Part shown: positions 27,004-38,200 of the stretch, piece by piece
Numbering within the stretch: the stretch's first letter is position 1
Layout of the letters: each line of letters starts with the position of its first letter
DNA from: a virus
Lineage: Duplodnaviria > Caudoviricetes
Virus record (IMG/VR): IMGVR_UViG_3300012347_000257
Coordinates: 1 to 38,997 of that record
Length of the DNA stretch: 38,997 bases
Direction: 5' to 3' (one strand)
The notes under the pieces: generated by a model
Database searches by the model: none
What the model saw: the letters and a program-made list of their open reading frames with translations, nothing else
What the model was told of the DNA's origin: nothing
Program-made: the position numbers and the translations under genes

Positions 27004-28029
27004 TTATAGTTCGGCTAAAGCGGCTGCTTCGCCATATAATGAGTAGCAACCATTGCCTGCTGCCGTTGCTGTTAATTGGAGTCCTGCTCCATATTGTGTT
27101 ATATTTACTGCTGACTTAGCAGTAAATCCTGCATCGGTTGCGGCTACAATAAATGTCACAGTTGGTACATCTCGCATAACAACGGGCCATAATAATGGTT
27201 GAACAAATGTTTGAGCTGCCGCACTTGCCCACATACGATTATTTGCCGCAGCCAATGAAAAATAACGTTGACACATCATTAGCACAATATTTGTATCGCG
27301 ATGTTCGAATTCAGTTGCTGTTGGTGCTCGTTCAAGTTGTACTCCGGTAATAGCAAATATATTACCAATTGTATCTAAGCAGTTTACTTGATTGGCTGTA
27401 GCAAGTTTATTAAATGAAGTAGTCCATGCATTATTGCCATTATGAAAGTTAGTACCGGCAGCTAATACAAATCTTAAACGTAATCCGGTAGTATTATCTA
27501 AATTCCATATATACGAATTTGGTAATCCACCTGTAACAGTAATTGTTTTATATTCCCATGTATTGGCAGTATCGATTGTATATTCACGAATATATGATGC
27601 ATCGAGTATTTGATTTTGAACAGCTACACAATGTATACCAGTTTTACTTGAGCGAACCCAAAAGCTAATAGTAAATGTTGAACTAATTAAATCACCAATT
27701 TCGAGTCCTTCTATTCGCTGTTCAATAATTGCATAATCAGTAGCCGCAATAGCCGCATCCGCTGTAGTAACTGCATATCGTAATGAGTTAATGAAATCAA
27801 CAGGAGCATCAAGTTGTTGAGTTATAGTTGCGACAGCGGCAGTTGTATTTGTATAAATCCATCTATCTAATGAGTATGCACCCGATGCAATAGCCGGAAA
27901 TGATGTACCTCGTTGTGATATCATCATATCACCATTAATAATTTTATTTTTAAATACTGGGTATTGAGCAGTTGTTTGCTCTGTATCATCATGAAACTTA
28001 ACACCCGGTAATGTTAAACTAATACTCAT
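27004..28029 (-). CDS. Tail fibre / receptor-binding-like protein, paralogue 2
   Basis: KNKIINGDMMISQRG...ITGVQLE...ATEFEHR...CQRYF. Confidence 0.7.
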   Translation of the reverse strand: MSISLTLPGVKFHDDTEQTTAQYPVFKNKIINGDMMISQRGTSFPAIASGAYSLDRWIYTNTTAAVATITQQLDAPVDFINSLRYAVTTADAAIAATDYAIIEQRIEGLEIGDLISSTFTISFWVRSSKTGIHCVAVQNQILDASYIREYTIDTANTWEYKTITVTGGLPNSYIWNLDNTTGLRLRFVLAAGTNFHNGNNAWTTSFNKLATANQVNCLDTIGNIFAITGVQLERAPTATEFEHRDTNIVLMMCQRYFSLAAANNRMWASAAAQTFVQPLLWPVVMRDVPTVTFIVAATDAGFTAKSAVNITQYGAGLQLTATAAGNGCYSLYGEAAALAEL

Positions 28030-29096
28030 AGTTCTGCCTCCGCTCTATATACTCCGCCTGCTTCGCCAGTTATACCTGCCGCTGTACTAATGACTGCATG
28101 TCGCATACCATATTGGTTAGCTCCTTGTGAACCTGTTGCGGCGGTTGCATTAGTCATAGTTCCTGCTACTCTTACAATAGTCGGAGTAGCTGTTCGCATG
28201 GGTCTACGCCATTTGATCCAGCATTCTAATACACCATTTGCAACCGACGAGTAACCTCTTAAATTACCAGCATTTATACTGTAATATCGTTCGCAGCGAC
28301 TTAATTCAATTGGGTATGGGGTATCTTCTAAACTTGTTGCTCTTGATCCAAGTTCAAATTGCACACCGGTAAATCTAATATTAGCTCCAGTAGTATTTGA
28401 TATTTTAATAGTACCTGCAACAGTATTATAATTACCAGTTGTCCATGCATTAGCTACAGGAGCTTCATATGTTGAACCTACTCCTAAGTCCCAAGAAATA
28501 ACAATACCAGCATTTGTTGTTATATCCCAAACACCAGTTGTTGGACCAGGGATGGTAATTGTTTTATATTCCCATGTATTAGCCGCATTGATTATATAAG
28601 TAGCAACATAAACATCGGTACCTGCACTATTCCTAAATGACACAGCATATGTACCAGTTACTGATGATTTAACCCAAAATGATAATGTACAAGTTTCGGC
28701 CGTTGCAGTGCCCCACTGTAAATCGCCAGTATGTAATCCTTCAATTTGCTGACGGAAAAACATAACATCACCTGTTGCAGTTGCTCCGCCTGTTTCATTT
28801 GTAATACTGGCACAATGAGTTAATCCATATCCAGCCGGTACATCTGTTATTTGTTGAGCAGTTAATAATCCGCCATTAGTGCGTAAGTTTCTTACTACAA
28901 ATCTATCAATAAAGTAACCATTTGTAGCACCTGTTGGAAATCCAGTAATTTGATAAGTGACTAAAGCACCTGCGTTTCGTTGATCGATTGCCATTCTTCC
29001 GTTAATAATACGATTACGACAATACGGGCTTGCGCCCGTGTATTGTATCGTACTATCTGGAAATACAATCCCATCTCCAGTAATACTTGTTGCCAT
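28026..29096 (-). CDS. Tail fibre / receptor-binding-like protein, paralogue 1
   Basis: RNRIINGRMAIDQR...FTGVQFELG..AT...ELSRCERYY. Confidence 0.7.
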   Translation of the reverse strand: MATSITGDGIVFPDSTIQYTGASPYCRNRIINGRMAIDQRNAGALVTYQITGFPTGATNGYFIDRFVVRNLRTNGGLLTAQQITDVPAGYGLTHCASITNETGGATATGDVMFFRQQIEGLHTGDLQWGTATAETCTLSFWVKSSVTGTYAVSFRNSAGTDVYVATYIINAANTWEYKTITIPGPTTGVWDITTNAGIVISWDLGVGSTYEAPVANAWTTGNYNTVAGTIKISNTTGANIRFTGVQFELGSRATSLEDTPYPIELSRCERYYSINAGNLRGYSSVANGVLECWIKWRRPMRTATPTIVRVAGTMTNATAATGSQGANQYGMRHAVISTAAGITGEAGGVYRAEAEL

Positions 29097-32000
29097 TATT
29101 TGTTCTCCGCTAATTTATCAATTTTAGTATTTAGCTCTTTAATAGCTTCTACTACCAAGCCCATTAAGTTACCGTATGCTACTGACAAATATTCCGGACC
29201 TTCTAACACAGCTTCTGGAATTACTTTCTGTACATCTTGAGCAACAAGCCCAGTTTGACGTTCGCCATTATCTTTACGTGTATAAGTATAACCAGTTAAT
29301 TGTTGTACCTTATCTAATGCACTTGTGATAACATTCAATTCTTCTTTTAATCGAATATCTGAGTAAGCAGTTACATTACCTACCATTGTTAAGTTACCGA
29401 CTGAGTCAATACCACCTGTTTTAACTCCGGCACCAGTAAATGTTAATGCACCTTCTACTTCTGAGTATAAACCAGTACTTGTACCATTTGCACTAATTTT
29501 ATATGCAGCATCGGCAGCACTACCTAAACCTGCTTTAAATTTAGCACCATTTACTGCACCTACTACTGTTAAACCAGTTGAGTCAATTGCGGCAGTTTTA
29601 ACACCAGCATTTGTAAAGCTAATTGTACCATCTACTTCTGCATATAAACCAGTATTTGAACCAGCACTACCAACAACTACAGCTGGAGCAGATTCAGTAC
29701 CTGCTGCCAATACAACTTTTCTCCAACGCAATGATGGGTGACCTAATGATTTTAAACCCGATTGTGCCAGTACTGGTGAAATATAATCTGGTGTAGTGAT
29801 ATATGTATCAACTCCACTCATTGTTGTATAAATGTAAGCACCATTACCAGTTCCATAAAAACCAGTTGCACCAAATTCACTACCAAAGTTAATTGATGGT
29901 TCAGTTGCACTTGAGTAGTAATCATTTAAGTAAATAGTTCTCCATCTGGCTGTAGCACTACCTAAATCGCGACCTAAGTTACCTACACTTGGGTCAGCAC
30001 CGGGCATAACACCGTCAACTGTAATTGATGCTGACTTTGTATATATTAATGCTTCGCCATCTGGTGTAACGGGTGCAACGTTAACATCAATCGAACCTGT
30101 TTGTGCTACAGTATTCATTGTTACACGAACAGCACCACCACCACCAGCACCGACTGCACCATTTAACTGTGTACCTTGATTTAACTCACCAGCCGCTGCC
30201 GCTCTATCAAACTGTGTCAAATATACATTAGTATCTAATACCCAGGTATTAGTTGTGTTCTTTCTCAAGAAGCCATTCAATCCAGTTAAGCCAGCAATTG
30301 AAGTCAAATCGCCATCTAATGGTTGATATGCAGTTGAGTCAGTAACCCATGTATTATCACCAGTGCGTTTTAAAACACCATATGTAGTAATACCAGCAAT
30401 TGCAGTTAAATCCGCATCTTTAGTTTGATAAAGTGATGCAGCCGCAGTAGTTGACAAATATGTATTTGTATCAAGTGTCCAGTTACCAGATACTTTCTTT
30501 AACAAGCCATTATCACCAGTACCAATAATTTGATATAACTGAGCATTTTCTGGTTGATAAATTGTTTCATCAATGTAATAAGTTTGTAAGCCGTTCTTAC
30601 GAATATTTCCAATTTGTCCACCTAATCCAGCAAATGCAGTAAGTTCTGGGCTAACTGGTTGAAATAAACTTGCATCACTTGATAACAGGTATGATTCATC
30701 TTCTACTGTAAACGTATTTGAACCAATCTTCTTAATATACCCAACATTGAGTGTATTTGCAGTTGATGCAAAGTTAGTTAAGCCAGTATTTAATGGTTGA
30801 TATGCAGTAGTATCTAATACAAAAGTACCAGCACCAGTCTTACGTAATACACCACTTGTACCTGTAAGTGCCGCAATGCTTGTTAAGTCTGGGTCTAATG
30901 GTTGGAAACCAGCAGTATTAAGTGCCCAATTGCCATCACTTACTTTAGTTAATACACCTGCTGTATTAGCAAGTCCATCAATTGCAGTTAAATCACTTGA
31001 TAGTGGTTGATAAGTTGTTGATGCTGAACTTGTTGTGAGATAAGTGGAATTATCAACAACATATACACCATCGCTTACCTTTTTAACAAAACCTGGACTA
31101 TTAGCTAAGTTTGAAATTGCAGTCAAGTCTGAATCAAGTGGTTGTAAATTATCAATTGACGCACTAGTCAAATATGTGCTAGTGTCTAATACAAATGTAC
31201 CTGCACCTGTTTTGCGTAAAATACCACTTGTACCTGCCAATCCAGCAATACTTGTTAAGTCACTATCTAATGGTTGATATCCGGCTGCTACAGAACTTGT
31301 AGTAGCATATCCAGCTGATGCGTGATTACCCCAACCGTATGCACTATTCCAGTTGCCAATATTTGTATTAGTGATTGTATAACTTGGACTTGCCACAAAC
31401 ACTGGGTCAGTTTCAGTATAACTTGTTAAGTATGCATTGGTATCTAATGTCCAAGTTCCGCCAGTACGTCTAGCAATACCTGCACCTGATAATGCAGCCA
31501 ATCCTGTTAAATCACTATCGAGTGGTTGATAAGCAGCACCTACAGCCGAGAGTGTTGTAAAGTTAGTATCATTTGTAAACTGACTTAATTGTGTTGGCTT
31601 ACCAGTTAAATCTGCATATACACCGCTTGTAGCAACAGGTGCTAATGTTGGGGCAGTATAACTAACTGTACCGGTTACATTATCATAAGTTAAGCTACCA
31701 CTTGCATTAATGCTTTCACGTGCTCTTGCAATAGTAAAATACTTATTAACTGAACCTTCAGCAACTGCATCAGTATTTGAAACAGTGGCAGTGATTGCTT
31801 TGTAAACGCCATCATCCCATCTATAAGCTAAGTTGCTATCATCAACAATATAAAGTCTATTGATAACACCTTCTACTGGTAATAATGAATATGAACCGAC
31901 TGTTACAACATTTTCTAAACTATCTGGTAATTGTGTTAATGGTACTTGTCCAGTTGAATCTAAACTAGCAACACCGTTAATTGCACCTTTTTGTGTTGGG

Positions 32001-34114
32001 TTAATCGGAGTATAACCAAGAGCATCTGTTACCTGTGTACTGTTAATACCAGTTAAGTAAACACTTGTGCTATCGATAACATATTGTCCGCCACTACGTT
32101 TAACAAACCCATTATCACTTAAGCCGGCTAATGTGGTTAGATCCGCATCTTTTGCTTGATAATTTGTGTTAGCAGTTGCGGCAGTAATGTATCCGCTATC
32201 ATTAGCAAACTCACTTAATGCTGTAGGGGTATTTGATAAATCTGCATAGTCACCCGATGTTGCAACTGTTGCAAAACTTGGTTTACCACTTACACTTGCC
32301 CATGGGATAGAACTATCAGTAGTCCATACAGAACCAGCTGATCTTCTTGCATAGCCTTCTGTTGTTAATGCGGCGATTGCATCTAAGTCACTATCTTTAG
32401 CTTGATATGTTGCATTTGCAGTTGATGAAGTAATAAAACCACTATCATTTGAAAATTGACTTAATGCAGTCGGTCTACCACTAACATTAGTCCATGCAAC
32501 AGAGTTAGCTACCAATGCAACAGCAACAGTACCGGCTGCAGTAATATAACCATCTGGATTGGCAGCCGAATATGGGGTATATCCTAATGCTGAAGTAATT
32601 TGTCCGCTTGTGATACCAGTTAAGTAAGTTGATGTATCTAATACCCAAACTCCACCTGTACGTTTAGCAAGACCACTACCAGCTAATCCAGCTAATCCAG
32701 TTAAATCTGCATCAAGTGGTTGATAACCTGCTGCCACAGCACTTGCAGTAGTATAGCCAGCATCGTTAGTAAGTTGACTTACGTTAGTTGCGGGACTTGT
32801 AGCCTTCCATAAACTTGTGGCTGATTCATAAGTTAAAACTTGTCCATTGGTTGTACCGTTTAACGAAACGTTATGTAGTTCTTCTAACTCATATCCGTTT
32901 GCAATTCGTACTTCAATAATACCATTATTTTGATGTGCATAAACAACAGTACCGATTGATACAATATGGTTGGGTGCGCTTGGTTTAGTAGTAGTAAATC
33001 CACCCGCTACAGTTGGGCTCAAATACAGTGTAGCACCAGTTGCCAATCCATTAGTATTAACATTAGTTAATTCACCTACAACGATAACTGTACCAGTACC
33101 ATTATTATTAATAGTACCAGAAACAATACCATATGTTTTAGTTGAAGTTGATTCAGCATTAGCCTGTGCACGAGTAATTACAGGTTGTGATCCTTGCGCA
33201 GTGCTAATGTAAACTACAGTACCCGGAGTCATTGGTGTACCACTATTATTACGACATGTTGAAAATAATGTTCTTGCTTGATTAGCAAATACCACACTCA
33301 AATCGCGAGTAGTTGTACCAGTTACTGCAATGCTGCCATTTGTACTGGTAATTGATTGTACGGCAGTATCCGCTTTAGCACCTTGAGCCGCAGTTGCAAA
33401 TACAGTTGCATCAACTAATGCGGCTGTACCTAATACTGGCTTACCTGTTAAGTCTGAGTATAATCCACTTGTTGCTACTGGTGCAAGTGATGGCTTACCT
33501 GTTAAGTCTGAGTATAATCCACTTGTTGCTACTGGTGCTAATACTGGAGTATTTGACAAATCCGCATAATCACCTGACGTTGCTACTGGTGCTAATACTG
33601 GAGTATTTGACAAATCCGCATAATCACCTGACGTTGCTACTGGTGCTAATACTGGAGTATTTGACAAATCCGCATAATCACCTGACGTTGCTACTGGTGC
33701 TAATACTGGAGTATTTGACAAATCCGCATAATCACCTGACGTTGCTACATCGGCTAATACTGGTGGGTTTGTGATTTTAGTATAATCTAAATTGGTAATA
33801 TTAGCACCGTTACCTGCAAATGTTGCATTTACGATAGTGGCGTTAATAGTTGTACCGGTTAGTGTACCAGTTGTTTTATTATAAGTTACAGTGCTTGCGC
33901 CGCCTAAGGTGCCATCATCATTAAACTGTACTTGAGTGTTTGCACCACCTGGAGCTGATATACCACCGCCACCACCACCGCCTGTGATCTGATTGATAGT
34001 GATACCATTGCTTAAAGTTGCGGAGATATTATTTTCCGATACAAGACTTGCTGATATTTGTGAACTTGGTGTTAATGTCGAATTAATTTGATCGACTGCA
34101 TTTAAATTTGGCAT
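29096..34114 (-). CDS. Long tail fibre with C-terminal intramolecular chaperone (peptidase S74), copy B
   Basis: 1672 aa; VATSGDYADL and YQPLDSDLT.IA repeats; C-terminal YSDIRLKE...GLVAQDV...PEAV...VEAIKEL. Confidence 0.9.
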   Translation of the reverse strand: MPNLNAVDQINSTLTPSSQISASLVSENNISATLSNGITINQITGGGGGGGISAPGGANTQVQFNDDGTLGGASTVTYNKTTGTLTGTTINATIVNATFAGNGANITNLDYTKITNPPVLADVATSGDYADLSNTPVLAPVATSGDYADLSNTPVLAPVATSGDYADLSNTPVLAPVATSGDYADLSNTPVLAPVATSGLYSDLTGKPSLAPVATSGLYSDLTGKPVLGTAALVDATVFATAAQGAKADTAVQSITSTNGSIAVTGTTTRDLSVVFANQARTLFSTCRNNSGTPMTPGTVVYISTAQGSQPVITRAQANAESTSTKTYGIVSGTINNNGTGTVIVVGELTNVNTNGLATGATLYLSPTVAGGFTTTKPSAPNHIVSIGTVVYAHQNNGIIEVRIANGYELEELHNVSLNGTTNGQVLTYESATSLWKATSPATNVSQLTNDAGYTTASAVAAGYQPLDADLTGLAGLAGSGLAKRTGGVWVLDTSTYLTGITSGQITSALGYTPYSAANPDGYITAAGTVAVALVANSVAWTNVSGRPTALSQFSNDSGFITSSTANATYQAKDSDLDAIAALTTEGYARRSAGSVWTTDSSIPWASVSGKPSFATVATSGDYADLSNTPTALSEFANDSGYITAATANTNYQAKDADLTTLAGLSDNGFVKRSGGQYVIDSTSVYLTGINSTQVTDALGYTPINPTQKGAINGVASLDSTGQVPLTQLPDSLENVVTVGSYSLLPVEGVINRLYIVDDSNLAYRWDDGVYKAITATVSNTDAVAEGSVNKYFTIARARESINASGSLTYDNVTGTVSYTAPTLAPVATSGVYADLTGKPTQLSQFTNDTNFTTLSAVGAAYQPLDSDLTGLAALSGAGIARRTGGTWTLDTNAYLTSYTETDPVFVASPSYTITNTNIGNWNSAYGWGNHASAGYATTSSVAAGYQPLDSDLTSIAGLAGTSGILRKTGAGTFVLDTSTYLTSASIDNLQPLDSDLTAISNLANSPGFVKKVSDGVYVVDNSTYLTTSSASTTYQPLSSDLTAIDGLANTAGVLTKVSDGNWALNTAGFQPLDPDLTSIAALTGTSGVLRKTGAGTFVLDTTAYQPLNTGLTNFASTANTLNVGYIKKIGSNTFTVEDESYLLSSDASLFQPVSPELTAFAGLGGQIGNIRKNGLQTYYIDETIYQPENAQLYQIIGTGDNGLLKKVSGNWTLDTNTYLSTTAAASLYQTKDADLTAIAGITTYGVLKRTGDNTWVTDSTAYQPLDGDLTSIAGLTGLNGFLRKNTTNTWVLDTNVYLTQFDRAAAAGELNQGTQLNGAVGAGGGGAVRVTMNTVAQTGSIDVNVAPVTPDGEALIYTKSASITVDGVMPGADPSVGNLGRDLGSATARWRTIYLNDYYSSATEPSINFGSEFGATGFYGTGNGAYIYTTMSGVDTYITTPDYISPVLAQSGLKSLGHPSLRWRKVVLAAGTESAPAVVVGSAGSNTGLYAEVDGTISFTNAGVKTAAIDSTGLTVVGAVNGAKFKAGLGSAADAAYKISANGTSTGLYSEVEGALTFTGAGVKTGGIDSVGNLTMVGNVTAYSDIRLKEELNVITSALDKVQQLTGYTYTRKDNGERQTGLVAQDVQKVIPEAVLEGPEYLSVAYGNLMGLVVEAIKELNTKIDKLAENK
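33431..33748. repeat. In-frame 54-bp tandem repeat in the tail fibre gene (four identical units plus two of a variant type)
   Basis: GTTGCTACTGGTGCTAATACTGGAGTATTTGACAAATCCGCATAATCACCTGAC four times at 33525-33740; variant units at about 33438 and 33492. Confidence 0.92.
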
Positions 34115-34123
34115 AATTGATCC

Positions 34124-34792
34124 TTAAACTATGATACCATCGGTGATTAACGAGATTGCCATTCGTTGTTTCTTAACCTGTTGTGGAGTTACCCCATCTG
34201 TACTGGGCATAGTTACTGAAAAGTAGCCAGTTAACATCAGTACTTGATCATCGTCAAGTTCTGGGATTGGTTCAATAACACCAATTTGTGTAGCAGTTAA
34301 CGACAATCTTACCTGACCTAAAATTAACGAACGACCTGGTACGGTTGTAAGAACGCTGCCAGTTACCACAGGAGCATCAACTTCGGCTATTGCAGTGATA
34401 TCGAGCCCATTACGGCCATCTACAACCGTAGCAATACGTGGTGCAAATTTAAACTCAAGAGTATTACCTGTTAAGTTAATTGGGCTTTCTAATGTGCGAT
34501 TTATGAATGACGTACCAATTGCAGTATCAAGTGTGAGTACTTGTCCGCTAATTGCAGTGATTGTGAGATATGTTGTGGTTCCGGTAACTAAGATTTTAGA
34601 ATTTACGCTAACAACTGATACATTACCGGTAACTGTGATTGTGTTTGAATTTACGGACTGTATTTTAAGTCCATTTGGGTATGAGAACGTAACGTCCCAA
34701 TATTGTGATTCACCGTATGTTAGTTCATCGATAATCACATTTTTGTCTACTCCGCCCAGCTGAACTAAGCTGGCATTTGTCCAACGCGCCAT
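34124..34792 (-). CDS. Baseplate/fibre-attachment structural protein, copy B (start 34792 by comparison with copy A)
   Basis: 222 aa, collinear with 602..1270. Confidence 0.55.
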   Translation of the reverse strand: MARWTNASLVQLGGVDKNVIIDELTYGESQYWDVTFSYPNGLKIQSVNSNTITVTGNVSVVSVNSKILVTGTTTYLTITAISGQVLTLDTAIGTSFINRTLESPINLTGNTLEFKFAPRIATVVDGRNGLDITAIAEVDAPVVTGSVLTTVPGRSLILGQVRLSLTATQIGVIEPIPELDDDQVLMLTGYFSVTMPSTDGVTPQQVKKQRMAISLITDGIIV

Positions 34793-34813
34793 TGCATTTC
34801 CTTTTTCAAAAGT

Positions 34814-34847
34814 GGGCATCGAACCGTCAACGCCCTACAATTATTTA
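34814..34847 (-). promoter_or_regulatory. TAAATA late-type promoter with a leader hairpin, copy B
   Basis: TAAATA-ATT-GT-A then GGGCGTTGA-CGGT-TCGATGCCC. Confidence 0.7.
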
Positions 34848-34871
34848 TCTAAAAACAATAGCAATTTTGAG

Positions 34872-35264
34872 TTATAGTAATGGTAAAGTCGGCCAAACTA
34901 TTTGGAATGGGTCACTCTGATTAGTAATATCGCGAAGAGCATTACGATAAGCTACCCATTCAGCAGGTATGCTACCCGTTTGATCGAGATATCTCATGCT
35001 GACCCAGTCAGTATCAGCTAGTCGTTTATCACGTTCGCGACGCACAACAAACCACTCTACACGATCTTTTTCTTCTTGTGAACGACTATCGATACGACCT
35101 GGCTTGATTAATCGAGTCTCGACATCTACATGAATATCAAAGTTGTCGCTCAAATACGGGAGGAACCCCTCCCCCGCTTGTGTGTTTAATTGAATGGTTT
35201 CAAGATTTGTATTAAGTGTTCTTAATACTTCACCTGTTGTGGCGTTATAAATTATATACTTCAT
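34872..35264 (-). CDS. Tail fibre assembly chaperone, copy B
   Basis: 130 aa, collinear with 1352..1744. Confidence 0.8.
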   Translation of the reverse strand: MKYIIYNATTGEVLRTLNTNLETIQLNTQAGEGFLPYLSDNFDIHVDVETRLIKPGRIDSRSQEEKDRVEWFVVRRERDKRLADTDWVSMRYLDQTGSIPAEWVAYRNALRDITNQSDPFQIVWPTLPLL

Positions 35265-35267
35265 TTG

Positions 35268-38200
35268 TTATACTTCCCTACGTTTGATACTAACTGTTTT
35301 AGTCGGAGTTGCCGCTAAGGTTATTGAATTGGTTGTGCTTAACTTATCAGCCCCAGTCTTACTTAGCGCCACTACTGCAAACACTGGACTTTCCTTCTTG
35401 GCTAATACAATTGATGCATTAACTAAATCATTACCGATTGCTAAGTTACCAGAATTGGCTACTAATGCATATGTCCATGTTGCTACTGTTGGGTCCACTT
35501 CGGCTAAAATACGCCATGTGCCTAATCCGGGATTAATCTCAGTTTGATTTTCGTATCGATACAAATATGAATTGATACCACCAGCAATAATAACCGATGT
35601 AGTTGGATTACCTGCAATGCATGACCATGCACGTTGACCACTACTTATATTGTATGACCAGTTAGCACCCGAATCTTTTGAGCTGTAAACATACCCACCG
35701 AAATCGGTTGCATACATTATACTACCAGCGTTGTTAATCCAGCTGGCAGTCCATAATCTTGAACCAGCCGCAGTTTTAGCAGACCATGTTGCTCCAGTAT
35801 TTGTGGTAACGTAAATAATACCGCCAGTGTCAGTCGGGCCTTGTGAGGTTGCAATACATTTATCACCAGATTGATTACACGCAATGCTAGTCCATTTATA
35901 AGTACCAGCAGCCGAGTTATAAACCCATGTAACACCACTGTTAGTTGAAATATACAAATACCCTAATTGTGTGGCTGTGTCAATACGATAAGCGTACATG
36001 ATTGTACCATTTGAGTTCATGCATACTCGTTGCCAGTTATAAGCAGAAGTAAAACGTTTGGTCCATGTAGCACCCGAGTTTGAACTAGTAAACACAGTTC
36101 CAGAACCAGGGCATGTTACTGCTAATGTTGTGCCGTTTACCGAACTAGCAATATCCGAGTAGTTAGTATATGATGTGCTGATTACAGTAGTTGTAAAACT
36201 TGTACCACCATTTATGCTACGATATACAGCATTTGTATCGGCTGTGACTGCTGATATAATTAAACCATTATCACTAATAGTAGCACCAGTCCATGCACGT
36301 TGTCCACTGGCAGTTAGCTCAGTCCATGTTAAGCCAGCGTCAACTGATTTATACAAATAATCATTAATAAATGTTGTTGCTTCTGTAGTTGGCACTGCTA
36401 CCATTTTCATACCATCGGTTGATACTGCAATCTTCTTCCAGTCATGAAACTTAGTTGAGTATGGACTAGTCCATGGGTCAATTTTATACAATACAGCTAA
36501 CCTAGTTGTTTCAGTACCACTAAAATCCTTCCATGTAAAGTCAGTAATACCAGACCAATTTTTTAACTCAATGTCATATGTGATAGTTTCGCTCGGTGGA
36601 GCATCAGCATTTAATGTTGGTATTGTGGCCGAATACAATTCCTGATAGCTGTGTGTGCCAGTACCCGCACTTGTAATCCAGTTGTGATTCCATATTAAAC
36701 TCAATCCACCTGGTAACAATCCACTTGTATCATCAGTTTGACCAATTGGATTCCATTTAAATGATAATATCTCTTGTGAGTATGGGCTCTTTCTTACAGT
36801 TCCTAATGCTCGAACTTTAATATAATAAACCATTCCATCAAGATTGCCTGGTAATGTACTTACTAATATCGAGACTGTTTCCTCAGCTTCATATGTGGGA
36901 GTTAACTTTGGTTGCTGTGTCATCAGCAATTTAAAGTTGGCTGCGGCTAGTTGAGTTGATGATAATCCAGTTGGAGCTTCGTAGTACCATAGTTCAAGAG
37001 CTGTGGTAATACCGATAGTTGGTGTAACTGCATTGACAATAAAATGTGGTACAACACTGGCTTCACTTGAATCACTAACATTTAATAATTTAGGGTAATC
37101 GAAAATGTTTGGGTTCTTGAGAGCAGTATTATCTTTTGGTAAAAATGAGTTAATATCAATAAACTCAAATATATCATTATTGTACTCGAATGCGGCAATC
37201 TGGACACCTAACGATCCTTCGGCACTTTTCTCTTCTCTAATTTCAGTCACTCTAAATAATTTACCATCCGGTAGTACATCACTGGTCCATCCGTATTGTT
37301 TGTGGTAAATGCGGACAATATCTCCAGCTTCGAGTTGTATACCTGAATGTTCGAGTTTGACAGTAATAACTAAATCTTCACGACTTTGTGCTAATCGACG
37401 TTTGCCGATAAACAATGCTTGTCCGGCGTTAGTGGCGAACGGCACTTGTACGGTCAACTGATTTTCTGGCTCATTGGCACTTAGTAATGACGAGTTAACT
37501 GATAAGTATTCCATACTTGTCGAGTATCGTGTATCTGAGTTAATGTACTGTACTTCGGCTTTATTATAAGTGGCATTTAAGTCAATTGGTTGTATACTTA
37601 ACCCACCCACTGCATGCATTACCTTCTTACCAGTTATGCTCATAGTGCCTATATCTTCGTATTGTGTATCACATAAAATAATTGGTAAATCATTAATAGT
37701 TAAACCAGCTTGTGTGTAACTTTGATTAACTACTACGGCCCATTTGGCTACACGTTCGTCCCATCTAAGCCATGAGTCACAACACTTGGCTAATAATAAT
37801 AAGTTATCCCAGTTTGTTTTAGTAGTGTCCACTGATCCATTAATTTCAAAACGTGGGCCAGTAACTGCCGTTGTCACTCCATCTTGATTGGTTTTATTAT
37901 AAGTGATAGTTTTAGCTGAGTATGTGTTAAGTCTTGAAAATGACGGAGTATCAACTAATGACGTTGATAAACCACAGCCATATCGTGCATTAGTTAAGTA
38001 ATCATATATGACATTACCAGGTTGTCTGTTGGAGTTGTTTACATAAAAACTCAGTTCTTGCAAGCCAGTTAATCCGATCTCTTGATCATACTTGACTCGA
38101 ACAATCGCAAATGCACATCTGTGCATGGCATAATCAGTTGTATTGGTCCACGGGATCGACTCAGGGTCAATATTTGGACTATCTAACACTTGAGCTGCAT

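Noticed and set aside
33431-33748. CRISPR array
   Set aside because: The units are contiguous, in frame within the fibre gene, have no unique spacers, and no cas genes are present.
33394-33774. Plus-strand 126-aa repetitive ORF and the other short antisense ORFs in the track (e.g. 12810..13169, 34395..34763, 51..236)
   Set aside because: They are shadows of long minus-strand genes, lack an evident RBS and have implausible composition.
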